Below the pieces are notes generated by a model that had not been told where the DNA came from, searched no databases, and saw only the letters and a program-made list of their open reading frames with translations. A DNA stretch of 64,000 bases from Verrucomicrobiota bacterium (GTDB lineage: Bacteria > Verrucomicrobiota > Verrucomicrobiia > Limisphaerales > PALSA-1396), in NCBI GenBank assembly GCA_016200005.1, contig JACQFP010000027.1, positions 1,437 through 65,436 of the forward strand, read 5' to 3'. A program made the position numbers and the translations under genes. Positions 40,311 through 49,471 of the stretch are shown here, in pieces. The stretch's first letter is position 1. Every line of letters begins with the position of its first letter.

Positions 40311-41291
40311 ATGAACAACGAGTTGAACGAACAAGTGCAGGCTGCGGCGGGCTGGATCAAAACTTTGCGCGCCGAAATTGGCTGCGTCATCGTCGGACAG
40401 GAACAATTGGTGGAGCGACTGCTCGTCGGCCTGCTCGCCAATGGGCACGTGCTGCTCGAAGGCGTACCCGGTCTCGCGAAAACCCTTTGCGTCCGCACGT
40501 TGGCCGCGGCAGTTCAGGCCTCGTTTCATCGCATCCAGTTCACGCCCGATCTGCTGCCCGCCGACATCGTCGGCACGCTGATCTACAATCCGCAGGACGG
40601 AAAATATCACGCGACGAAAGGTCCGGTCTTCGCCAACTTCGTCCTCGCCGACGAAATCAATCGCGCGCCAGCCAAGGTGCAATCGGCATTGCTGGAGGCG
40701 ATGCAGGAACGCCAGGTCACGCTAGGAGGCGACACGATGCCGCTGCCGTCTCCGTTCCTCGTGCTCGCGACAGAAAATCCCATCGACCAGGAAGGCACAT
40801 ATCCGTTGCCCGAAGCGCAGGTGGACCGTTTCATGTTCAATGTGGTGCTGGATTATCCGTCGTTCGATGAAGAGCGAAGAATTCTCGACCGCATGGCGTT
40901 CACGGCGCCGGAAACCCAGATTAAACCCGTCGTCACTGCCGCCGAGATTTTGCAAACGCGCAAGGTCGTGGATCAAATCCACGTGGACGAGAAGGTGCGC
41001 GATTACATCGTGCATCTGGTGTTCGCCACGCGCCGACCGGAGCAATACAAGCTGGACGTGAAACATTTCATCCAGTTCGGCGCGTCACCGCGCGCGACGA
41101 TTTACCTGACACTGGCCGCCAAGGCGTGGGCGTTGTTGCAGGGCCGCGCTTATGTCACACCCGAAGACGTGAAGAGCATCGGCCCGGATGTGTTGCGGCA
41201 TCGCATCATCCTCACCTACGAAGCCGAGGCGCAGGCGGTGACAAGTGACGCTATCATCAACAAAGTTTTCAACACCGTGCCCGTGCCGTAA
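40311..41291 (+). CDS. MoxR-family AAA+ ATPase
   Basis: Walker A GVPGLAKT, Walker B LLADEINRAPAK, MoxR C-terminal region; head of bat operon. Confidence 0.85.
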   Translation: MNNELNEQVQAAAGWIKTLRAEIGCVIVGQEQLVERLLVGLLANGHVLLEGVPGLAKTLCVRTLAAAVQASFHRIQFTPDLLPADIVGTLIYNPQDGKYHATKGPVFANFVLADEINRAPAKVQSALLEAMQERQVTLGGDTMPLPSPFLVLATENPIDQEGTYPLPEAQVDRFMFNVVLDYPSFDEERRILDRMAFTAPETQIKPVVTAAEILQTRKVVDQIHVDEKVRDYIVHLVFATRRPEQYKLDVKHFIQFGASPRATIYLTLAAKAWALLQGRAYVTPEDVKSIGPDVLRHRIILTYEAEAQAVTSDAIINKVFNTVPVP

Positions 41292-41360
41292 AATAAACGA
41301 AGAAGAAAACGAAAATGAAATCTGTTTGTCCTCGAACTGTTAACCCGCAACCCACATCGT

Positions 41361-41810
41361 ATGCGTCTGCTATTTAGTCTAGCCTTAGTAATCGGCGGCA
41401 TTTGTCTTTGTCTCCTTGATACACTTGCCCGCGCGCTCACGAACGCCCCCACGTTGTCCTACTATAAGAAGCAGCTCCAGTCATTTCCTATAAAGGAAAC
41501 ATACAGCAGAACGGAACTCGCCGACGCGGTTTGGCAAGTGTGGACGAATCAAGTGACTTTGCCGGATCAGAGCATGTATACTGTGGCCGACTTGAAGGAG
41601 GCGGTGGTCAGACCCTTGGTAGGGACTCACCAAGATTCCTGTGACCGGGGCGTATTCGAGCACGCAATCGGGAAAGTTGTAGGTTATGGGGGGCGTTCAG
41701 ACACAAGGCCGGCAGTCTCCGGTTTTTTTGCCATGCTCGTCGGAGCATTTTTACTTGGGGGAGTTCTCTTCCCCGCCCGAAGCAAGAAGCGTCATGAAAG
41801 TGCCATCTAA
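41361..41810 (+). CDS. Hypothetical small membrane protein (149 aa) in low-GC insert between moxR and DUF58 gene
   Basis: N- and C-terminal hydrophobic helices; ~45% GC context; interrupts the usual moxR-DUF58 adjacency. Confidence 0.35.
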   Translation: MRLLFSLALVIGGICLCLLDTLARALTNAPTLSYYKKQLQSFPIKETYSRTELADAVWQVWTNQVTLPDQSMYTVADLKEAVVRPLVGTHQDSCDRGVFEHAIGKVVGYGGRSDTRPAVSGFFAMLVGAFLLGGVLFPARSKKRHESAI

Positions 41811-41839
41811 CAATCGAAGAGCTTTTAGCAAGATGTAGG

Positions 41840-42799
41840 ATGACAGTCACCGAACTGCTTGAATCCGTCCGCCGCGTGGAGGTGCGCACCAACCGCATCG
41901 TGAACGACATGATGGTCGGCGCTTACCTCAGCCATTTCAGGGGCCGCGGCATGGACTTCGAGGAACTGCGCGAATACATGCCCGGCGACGACGTGCGCGA
42001 CATTGACTGGAACGTCACCAATCGCATGGGGCGGCCGTTCGTGAAGCGTTTCCGCGAGGAACGCGAACTCACGATGGTGCTCGCGCTGGACATCTCGGCG
42101 TCGTCGGCGTTCGGATCATTGCGCCGCAGCAAGCGGGAATTCGCCGCCGAGATCGCCGCCACGCTCGCCATCTCAGCCACGCGCAGCAGGGACAAAGTCG
42201 CGCTGCTGCTGTTCACGAACCAGATCGAATTGTTCCTGCCGCCGCGCAAGGGACGTCGCCACATACTCCGGGTGATCCGGGAAATGCTTTTCCACGAGCC
42301 GAACCAGCGCGGCACAGATATTCCGGCGGCACTGACCTTTTTGAATCACGTCGTCCGTCGCCGCGCCATGGTTTTTCTGCTGACGGATTTCTTGCATAGC
42401 TACGGCGATGCGCAGCGTTGGAGTTCACGCTTTAGCGTGCTTCCGGACAAGCTGAAGCTTGAACTCCAACCCCAGCGCGACGTGATTCAGGAGTTGGGCC
42501 TCACTAACTCGCGGCACGATCTCGTGTGTCTGCACCTGCACGACCCACGCGAAAGCTCGTTACCCGACGCCGGCCTGTTGACCATTGAAGACGCGGAGAC
42601 GGGCGAGTTGTTGGAAATTGATTCCGCCCGATCCACGGTGCGCGAACGGTTCGCGCGCACGAACGCCGACCGCCTGGCGGAACTGGATCGCGCGTTGAAT
42701 CGCGCCGGAGTCGAGACGCTACGCTTCAACACCGCCGAACCGTTTGCTCAAACACTGCAAAGTTTCTTTGAGCTGCGACGAGGGAGGAGAAGGGGATGA
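41840..42799 (+). CDS. DUF58 domain protein (MoxR partner, VWA-like)
   Basis: DUF58 motifs (GAYLSHFRGRGMDFEELREYMPGDDVRDIDWNVTNR). Confidence 0.8.
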   Translation: MTVTELLESVRRVEVRTNRIVNDMMVGAYLSHFRGRGMDFEELREYMPGDDVRDIDWNVTNRMGRPFVKRFREERELTMVLALDISASSAFGSLRRSKREFAAEIAATLAISATRSRDKVALLLFTNQIELFLPPRKGRRHILRVIREMLFHEPNQRGTDIPAALTFLNHVVRRRAMVFLLTDFLHSYGDAQRWSSRFSVLPDKLKLELQPQRDVIQELGLTNSRHDLVCLHLHDPRESSLPDAGLLTIEDAETGELLEIDSARSTVRERFARTNADRLAELDRALNRAGVETLRFNTAEPFAQTLQSFFELRRGRRRG

Positions 42800-43410
42800 G
42801 CATCGGAGGTCAGACGTCAGAAACCAGAAGTCAGAAGCCGCTCCGCCGTGCGGCTTGGTTTGGAATTCGGATGTTATGCAGCCTGCCTTTGGTTGCGTGC
42901 GCTCAACTCACCAACGACATCCCACCGCTGCGCCCGCCCCATGCCGAAATCCCACCGACGTTTTGGGAGCAACACACAGCGGGTGTCTGCATCGCTGGAT
43001 TGGCTGTGCTCCTGATCGCCGGGTTGGTAGTGTGGCTCGCGCTGCGACCGAAGCCGCCAGTCATCGTTCCGCCGGAAGTTCAGGCGCGAAACGAGTTGGC
43101 AGGGCTGCGCAACCTGACCGAAGACGGTGTGGTCTTGAGCAAGGTGTCGCAAGCTGTGCGCCGCTATTTCGCCGCAGCTTTCGCTTTGCCGCCGGGCGAG
43201 TTCACCACTGCGGAGTTTTGCCAGGCCATTACGGCGAATGAACAAATCGGATCGGAGCTTGCGACTTCCACTGGCGATTTTCTGCGTCGCTGTGATGAGC
43301 GCAAGTTTGCGCCGTCAGTTGGTGGGGCGACAATTGGCGCGCCCGCCCGGGCCTTGGAACTCGTTGAATTGGCCGAAGCCCGTCGGGCGGGAAGAAAAGT
43401 TGATAGTTGA
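42796..43410 (+). CDS. DUF4381-like membrane protein of bat operon
   Basis: Position between DUF58 and batA, internal TM helix, 204 aa. Confidence 0.5.
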   Translation: MSIGGQTSETRSQKPLRRAAWFGIRMLCSLPLVACAQLTNDIPPLRPPHAEIPPTFWEQHTAGVCIAGLAVLLIAGLVVWLALRPKPPVIVPPEVQARNELAGLRNLTEDGVVLSKVSQAVRRYFAAAFALPPGEFTTAEFCQAITANEQIGSELATSTGDFLRRCDERKFAPSVGGATIGAPARALELVELAEARRAGRKVDS

Positions 43411-43458
43411 TAGTTGAGAGTTGATAGTTGGGACTATCAACCATCAACTAAGCAGCGC

Positions 43459-44499
43459 GTGAGCGAGAGCTTCCAGTTTCAATATCCGTGGGTGCTGGCG
43501 TTGCTGGCGTTGTTGCCGGTTTATGCTTTGTTTGTCGGGAGCGCGGGCAAATTGTCGGCGCTGCGATTTCCGGGCGCGGAGATTGCCCGGGCGGCGGGTG
43601 TGGCGGCGCGTGCGGCGGCCGGGCGCTTATTGTTGTTTCTCCGATTGCTAACGGTGGCTTTGCTCATTGTCGCGCTGGCTGGACCGCGTTTTGCGAACGA
43701 CCGCACCGAAACGCAGGTCAGCGGCGTGGACATCATGCTGGTGCTCGATTTGTCGTGGTCCATGATGGCGCTCGACATGGGCAAGCCGGGCGAGCGCGTG
43801 TCACGCTTTGACATTGCATCGTCCGTGATCGAGGACTTCATTCGTCGTCGGCCCAATGATCGCATCGGGTTGATCGCTTTTTCCGCCGTGCCGTATGTGG
43901 TCAGCCCGCTGACGCTCAATCACGACTGGCTGGCGCGGGGGTTGAATCGGTTGCATGTGGGAATCATTCGCGAACTCGGCACTGCCATCGGCGACGCCGC
44001 TGCCGCAGCGGCCAAGCGGCTCAAATCCGTGAAGGACAGCAAGAGCCGCATTATCATCCTGCTGACCGACGGCGACAACAACAAAGGCGAGATTGATCCC
44101 GTGCCCGCCGCGCAACTCGCCGCTGCGTTGGGGGCAAAGATTTACACCATCGGCATCGGAATTGAAGAGCCGTGTCAGTTGCCCAAGTTCAATCCCGCCA
44201 CGGGAAAACTGGAACTCGATCCGAACGGCAACGCAATTCCGACGCTCACCTTGCAACCCGCCAACTACACGGTGCTCGACAAAATGGCGAAACTTGCTCG
44301 CGGGCGATCTTATCGGGCCAAAAACCGGAGCGAGCTGCAAAACATCTACGACGAAATTGATCAGCTTGAACGCACGGAGGTGAAGCTGCGACGCTTCACA
44401 ACTTACACGCCACTGTTCCAATGGCCGCTGCTGGTGGCACTGGGATTGTTCGGGCTGGAACTGGCGCTGGCCAACACCAGAATGCGGAGGGTACCGTGA
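43459..44499 (+). CDS. batA: BatA aerotolerance protein (N-terminal TM + VWA domain; GTG start)
   Basis: VWA MIDAS motif (MLVLDLSWSM), N-terminal TM helices, C-terminal TM. Confidence 0.8.
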   Translation: MSESFQFQYPWVLALLALLPVYALFVGSAGKLSALRFPGAEIARAAGVAARAAAGRLLLFLRLLTVALLIVALAGPRFANDRTETQVSGVDIMLVLDLSWSMMALDMGKPGERVSRFDIASSVIEDFIRRRPNDRIGLIAFSAVPYVVSPLTLNHDWLARGLNRLHVGIIRELGTAIGDAAAAAAKRLKSVKDSKSRIIILLTDGDNNKGEIDPVPAAQLAAALGAKIYTIGIGIEEPCQLPKFNPATGKLELDPNGNAIPTLTLQPANYTVLDKMAKLARGRSYRAKNRSELQNIYDEIDQLERTEVKLRRFTTYTPLFQWPLLVALGLFGLELALANTRMRRVP

Positions 44500-44503
44500 A
44501 GAT

Positions 44504-44646
44504 AAAAATCCGAAATCCGAAATCCGAAATCCGAAACAAATCCCAATTCCGGATTTCAAATGAAGGAAACAGGTGCGCTGGGTTTGGAGCATTCGGATTT
44601 CGGCATTCGCATTTGTTTCGGATTTCGAGCTTCGGATTTCGGATTT
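44504..44646. repeat. Long inverted repeat: (AATCCGA)x4-containing 32-nt arm and its reverse complement ~75 nt downstream, abutting the batB start codon
   Basis: AAAAATCCGAAATCCGAAATCCGAAATCCGAAAC ... GTTTCGGATTTCGAGCTTCGGATTTCGGATTT read directly. Confidence 0.7.
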
Positions 44647-44653
44647 TCTTCCC

Positions 44654-46672
44654 ATGAACTTCGCCCTACCTCAACTCGCCGAACCACGCTGGCTCTGGCT
44701 CGCGGTGCTCGGCCCTTTGTCGCTTGTGGCATTGCATCGTTACTCGGCCTGGGCGCGACGGCGGCAGCTTGCGCAACTGGCCGCGCCGAAATTCCTCGGT
44801 GACCTGACGCGGTCGCACAGTCCGGCGCGACGCGCGTTCAAGCACGCAGTGCTCGTGCTGGCCATGGCGGGCATCGGATTGGCGCTCGCACGACCGCAAT
44901 GGGGCGAACAGGAAAACGCCGGACAATCGCTCGGCGAGGACATCATGTTCGTGGTGGATTGTTCACAGAGCATGTTGGCGGCGGACGTGACGCCGAATCG
45001 GCTGCAGCGCGCGAAGCTGGCCATTCTGGATTTCGTGCAGCGCCGAGGGCGCGGGCGTGTCGGGCTGGTGGCATTCGCAGGGCAGGCATTCCTGCAATGC
45101 CCGCTGACGTTTGATTACGGCGCGTTCGAGGACGCGCTGACTGCATTGGACGAGAAAACGATTCCGGTGCCGGGCACGGACATTGGACGCGCACTGAACG
45201 AGGCGTTTCAGGGAATGGAAAAGCTCGATCGCCGCAAGGTGATGGTGCTGATCACAGACGGCGAGGATTTGGAGAAGGGCGGCATCCGTGCGGCACAAGA
45301 CCTCGCAACCAACGGCGTCGTGGTATTCACGCTCGGCGTCGGCACTCCGGCGGGCGCGCAAATCCAGGTCTTGAACGAGCAAGGCAAGCCCGCGTTCCTC
45401 CGCGACTCAAAGGGCGCGATTGTGCGCAGCCGTTTGGATGAAGCGACGCTGCGGGCAGTTGCCCAAGCCACGCGAGGAAGCTATCATCCGCTTGGACCGG
45501 TGGGCGAAGGATTGATCGAAGTGAGTTCGGCGATTGAAACAATGGACGTGAGGGGAGATTCGGCGCGAGCGCGGCGATTTGCCATCGAGCGGTTTCATGT
45601 TCCAGTTGCGGCGGTGCTGTTGTTGGTCGTGATGGAATCGTTGATCGGAACCCGGAGACGTGCATTGACGAAAGTGGTTTCGGCTGGCCTGGCATTGGCG
45701 TTTGCCGCGTTCGGACCAAATTCATTTGCCGAATCGAGCGCCGATCGATCAGTCGCGCAGGGGTTGGCGGACGCGAAACAAACGATTCCGGTTACGCCGC
45801 TTGCCCCGTGGAATACCTGGCTCCAAGCTGACGCCGCTGCGCGAGTTGTTTATTCCACGGGGCGCGAGTTCTTCAATGCGGGCACTCGCAAGCTGAAGGA
45901 CGAGCAATGGCGCGATGCAGAGCCGTTGTTTGAATCGGCCCTGGCGAGCCAGAAGGAAAATCTCCAACCGCCGACGCTTTACAACCTCGGCCTCGCGCGT
46001 TTTGCGCTGGGCGTGGACGAGTTGAAAAAATCTCCCGCCGGTAAAGCGACCGCTGCGAAGGCGCAGGCGACGGCGCTCGCCGCCGACGGAGCGGTTCAAG
46101 CGGCGACCGAGGCGCTGGCAAGCCAGGATTTGCAGAAGATGCTGGCAGCGTATCGGCGCGGACGAGGCGTGCGTCGGGAACTCAAGGCCGCAACTGCCGC
46201 GGTTCGGCGCGCAATGGAAGTGCATGGGAACGTTCTGGCGAAATGGCAGCGCGCTTCGGGAGATTTCAAAAGCGCGGTCGAGTTGAAGAACGATTACGCC
46301 GATGCCCGGCATAACGCCGATGTCGTGGATCGCCACATCGCTAAACTCGTGGATAGTTTGCGTGAATTGCAATCTGCGAAGATGTGCCTTGCCCAGAAGA
46401 GTGGTGCATTGGGCGAGGCATTGAAGGCGCTTAAGGGCAAGCTGCCGGCCCCGGACGGAAGTCCTGGGCCGGGTGAGGACGAGGACGATGAGCCATTCGG
46501 ACCAAAGCCGGGAACACAGGAACCGCCCGGACGTGAAGGCCAGGAGATGAAGATTTCACCAGAGCAGGCGGGGCAACTGCTCGACGGTTTCAAATTGGGC
46601 GGCGATGCGCGACTTCCGATCGCTCAGGGAATTGAGGGCAGGCCGAAAGACCGAACGGGGCGAACCTGGTAA
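44654..46672 (+). CDS. batB: BatB (TM + VWA) continuing in-frame into a BatC-like signal-peptide/TPR region (possible internal TTG start ~45667)
   Basis: VWA MIDAS (MFVVDCSQSM), C-terminal TM, then no stop before a signal-peptide-like segment (TKVVSAGLALAFAAFGPNSFA) and helical repeats. Confidence 0.7.
   Translation: MNFALPQLAEPRWLWLAVLGPLSLVALHRYSAWARRRQLAQLAAPKFLGDLTRSHSPARRAFKHAVLVLAMAGIGLALARPQWGEQENAGQSLGEDIMFVVDCSQSMLAADVTPNRLQRAKLAILDFVQRRGRGRVGLVAFAGQAFLQCPLTFDYGAFEDALTALDEKTIPVPGTDIGRALNEAFQGMEKLDRRKVMVLITDGEDLEKGGIRAAQDLATNGVVVFTLGVGTPAGAQIQVLNEQGKPAFLRDSKGAIVRSRLDEATLRAVAQATRGSYHPLGPVGEGLIEVSSAIETMDVRGDSARARRFAIERFHVPVAAVLLLVVMESLIGTRRRALTKVVSAGLALAFAAFGPNSFAESSADRSVAQGLADAKQTIPVTPLAPWNTWLQADAAARVVYSTGREFFNAGTRKLKDEQWRDAEPLFESALASQKENLQPPTLYNLGLARFALGVDELKKSPAGKATAAKAQATALAADGAVQAATEALASQDLQKMLAAYRRGRGVRRELKAATAAVRRAMEVHGNVLAKWQRASGDFKSAVELKNDYADARHNADVVDRHIAKLVDSLRELQSAKMCLAQKSGALGEALKALKGKLPAPDGSPGPGEDEDDEPFGPKPGTQEPPGREGQEMKISPEQAGQLLDGFKLGGDARLPIAQGIEGRPKDRTGRTW
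45803..45863. repeat. REP-like palindrome (GCCCCGTGGAATA ... TATTCCACGGGGC) embedded in-frame within the batB/batC coding sequence
   Basis: Same 13-bp stem arms as the intergenic copies at 40173 and 62223, different loop; translated as ...LAPWNTWLQADAAARVVYSTGR... Confidence 0.65.
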
Positions 46673-46709
46673 CAACAACCAATTAAAAATGCAAAATGAA
46701 GAATGCAAA

Positions 46710-48542
46710 ATGCCGGGCCGGAGGACCCGCGCTATTTTCATTTTTCATTTTTCATTTTTCATTTTTCATTGCGCTGGCGCGCAGCTTTCCAACGCGCCTG
46801 ACCCGTTGATCACGCTGATGCAGTCACAACCTCCGATCATCACCGCGGCACCGACGCAAGTGGTGGCCAGGTTCGACCCCCCGCTTGTTCGGGTGGGCGA
46901 AGAAGCCACGTACCGCGTGGCTTTGGACGCGCTGCTCGACTCCATCGACTGGCCTGACAAAACGCCGGCCTCAGGTGGATTACAACTGCATCCGAGCGCG
47001 CGGGGACAGACCTTTCGAGTGTTCGGCCAAACTCTGCGACCGTTCAGCGCCTTCAATTTTCGCGCGAGGAGCGAGCAGCCCGGCACGTTTACGATTCCGG
47101 CATTTACAGTTCAAGCCTATGGCCGGCCGGTTCGCATTCCCGCCGCCCAATTGCAGGTCGTGGCCACAAATACGATCGGTTCAATGACCTCACCCCGGCT
47201 CGCATTGCAAATCCTGGCCACCAACATCTTCGTCGGGCAATCGGTGAAAGTGCGCGTGACGGTAGCCGGCATGCCGCCGGGTGTGGTTCAGGGTTTGTCG
47301 CAAATGGAGATCAGGGAGGACGGGGTCATGATGGATCGAAGCCTCACGCGGCAGCGCATTGAAACGCGAACGGTGAACGGCACAAACATCGCGACCTTGA
47401 TTTACGAGACCGAGATCATTCCCATTACCGTCGGGGAACTTCCGCTCGCTGCGCAGGGTTTTCTGTCAGACAATTTGTTTGGTGGATCAATTACGATCAC
47501 GGGTTCGGTCACCGTCGCCACTTTGCCGCCGACCTTGACGCTGGTTGACTCCGATCCGGTAACGGTGCGGGTTCGTCCGCTGCCGAGGAAGGGTGAACTG
47601 CCGGGATTCAACGGGGCCATCGGAAGTTTTGCCATCGACCCGCCGACGCTCGCCTCCAACGCTGTCCGGGCAGGCGACCCGGTCAAGCTGATCGTCACGA
47701 TTCGCGGCCAGGGTAATCTCACCCGGTTGCTGCCACCCACGCCACCGCAGTCAGGAGGTTGGCAGCTTTTTGCCGCGAGCAGCGACAACGCAATCCCGCA
47801 ACTGATCCAGGCGCGGGGCTTCGCCACATTCATCTTCACACTGATCCCGACCTCCGTGGACGTGCGTGGCACTCCCCCGATGCCGTTCAGCTACTTCGAC
47901 CCCGACCGCGCCGTTTACGCAGACCTGACGATCCCGTCCGTGCCGCTGACAGCGAAGCCCAGTCAACAACCAACCGATACTCAGGCCGTAGCGCAAGCGG
48001 AGGCGCCGCCGGCGCGCCGTGAGAAGGAACTGCGCCTGAGCGAACTGGCGACCAAACCCGGCGCAACTACTGTTAGCCTTGTGCCGTTGCCGCTGCGAAA
48101 ATGGTTTCCGTTTTTGCAAATCGCTCCCGTGCTGGGATTCCTGGCGCTGTGGGGATGGGATCGCCGGCGACGTTTTCTTGAACGGCATCCGGACATTGTG
48201 GTGCGGCGACGGGCGCGACGCGAATTGCGCCGGGCCAGACGCCAACTCCGAAACGCTATCAGCCAAAGTGACGCGGCAGGGATCGCGAGTTGCGGCGTGA
48301 AAGCAATGCGTGTGGCGGTGGCACCACACTTTCCGGCAGAACCGCGGGCCTTGGTTGGCGCGGATGTTTTGTCGTTGCTGAGCGAAAAGGATCAAAAAGG
48401 CCGGGCGGGCGCAACCGTCCGTGAACTGTTTGATAAAGCGGACGCGGCCCGATTCAGCACCAAGCCGGCAGCTTCGAGCGACCTGCTGGCTGGACAAACT
48501 GAAATCGAGCGCGTGCTCGACCAACTGGAGGAGAAGTTGTGA
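46710..48542 (+). CDS. batD: BatD-like oxygen-tolerance protein (signal peptide, C-terminal TM)
   Basis: Position in bat operon, secretory N-terminus, C-terminal TM (FPFLQIAPVLGFLALWGW) followed by basic cytoplasmic tail. Confidence 0.7.
   Translation: MPGRRTRAIFIFHFSFFIFHCAGAQLSNAPDPLITLMQSQPPIITAAPTQVVARFDPPLVRVGEEATYRVALDALLDSIDWPDKTPASGGLQLHPSARGQTFRVFGQTLRPFSAFNFRARSEQPGTFTIPAFTVQAYGRPVRIPAAQLQVVATNTIGSMTSPRLALQILATNIFVGQSVKVRVTVAGMPPGVVQGLSQMEIREDGVMMDRSLTRQRIETRTVNGTNIATLIYETEIIPITVGELPLAAQGFLSDNLFGGSITITGSVTVATLPPTLTLVDSDPVTVRVRPLPRKGELPGFNGAIGSFAIDPPTLASNAVRAGDPVKLIVTIRGQGNLTRLLPPTPPQSGGWQLFAASSDNAIPQLIQARGFATFIFTLIPTSVDVRGTPPMPFSYFDPDRAVYADLTIPSVPLTAKPSQQPTDTQAVAQAEAPPARREKELRLSELATKPGATTVSLVPLPLRKWFPFLQIAPVLGFLALWGWDRRRRFLERHPDIVVRRRARRELRRARRQLRNAISQSDAAGIASCGVKAMRVAVAPHFPAEPRALVGADVLSLLSEKDQKGRAGATVRELFDKADAARFSTKPAASSDLLAGQTEIERVLDQLEEKL
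46735..46770. repeat. Heptamer tandem repeat (TTTTTCA)x4 plus a TTTTCA unit inside the batD signal-peptide coding region
   Basis: Read directly; encodes IFIFHFSFFIFH. Confidence 0.75.
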
Positions 48543-49282
48543 CCGCCGTGCTTCGGATGGCAATTCTCACAGTCACGCTTCTGGGCCTTGGTCTCTTCAA
48601 CGGCTCAGGTCAGTCCCCGGAGGAATGCTTTCAACGTGGCACTGAGGCGTATCGCGTCAAAGATTTCATTGCAGCCGCAAGCGCTTTTCGTGAGTGCGCC
48701 CAACGACAGCCCGGCGCCGGCGCGTTGCAGAATCTCGGTCTGGCCCAGTGGCAGAACGGCAACGTGGGCGAGGCAGTGCTCGCTTGGGAACAGGCGCGCT
48801 GGCTCGATCCGGCCAACCGCGCGGCAAAATCAAACCTGGAGTTTGCTCGGAAGAACGCGCAACTCGCATCGCCTGAACTGGCGTGGTATGAGGTGCCCTC
48901 AACCTGGCTCTCCGCGAATGCATGGGCGTGGATCGCGAGCCTGGCACTGTGGTTTACCGTCGGCATCATTATCGTTCCGGGAGTTTTGCGAAAACGTCGC
49001 ACGAACTTACAGCAGGCGTTGGCAGCCGCCGGGCTGGTGGCGCTGCTCCTCAGCGTTCCCGTGCAGGTCGGCGTCTGGACACGTTCGCACCTCGGATTTG
49101 TGACCGGCAAAGGCGTGGCTCTGCGACTCACTCCCACGCTTGAGGCCGAGACCTTGACTCAGCTTGCACCGGGAGAGCCTGTGCGTTGGGTGCGAAAGCG
49201 AGGGAATTACTTCTTTGTCCGGACGAGTCGGAGCGCTGGCTGGTTGGAGAAAAAAGAGTTGGGGCTGGTTTGTCCGAGATAG
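48539..49282 (+). CDS. batE: BatE-like protein (TPR + TM + SH3b-like C-terminus)
   Basis: TPR-like N-terminus, central TM helices, C-terminal SH3-like segment; terminal gene of bat operon. Confidence 0.65.
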   Translation: MTAVLRMAILTVTLLGLGLFNGSGQSPEECFQRGTEAYRVKDFIAAASAFRECAQRQPGAGALQNLGLAQWQNGNVGEAVLAWEQARWLDPANRAAKSNLEFARKNAQLASPELAWYEVPSTWLSANAWAWIASLALWFTVGIIIVPGVLRKRRTNLQQALAAAGLVALLLSVPVQVGVWTRSHLGFVTGKGVALRLTPTLEAETLTQLAPGEPVRWVRKRGNYFFVRTSRSAGWLEKKELGLVCPR

Positions 49283-49322
49283 AATGATTGCCATAAGGGA
49301 TTTCAAGAAAGAAAAAAAGCAT

Positions 49323-49385
49323 CCCCTCACCCGACCTTCGGCCACCCTCTCCCCATCCGATGGGGAGAGGGACGGAGTGAGGGGG
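49323..49385. repeat. Nested GC-rich palindrome (CCCCTCAC ... CCCTCTCCCCA TCCGA TGGGGAGAGGG ... GTGAGGGG)
   Basis: Read directly downstream of batE; no U-tract follows. Confidence 0.6.
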
Positions 49386-49471
49386 TGTCGTTCTAACTGG
49401 AAAAGCGAGCATCCAGCCCTCTTAGAATTTATTCGTGTGTTTCATACCTTTCGCGGTTAAGAATCCCGCCC

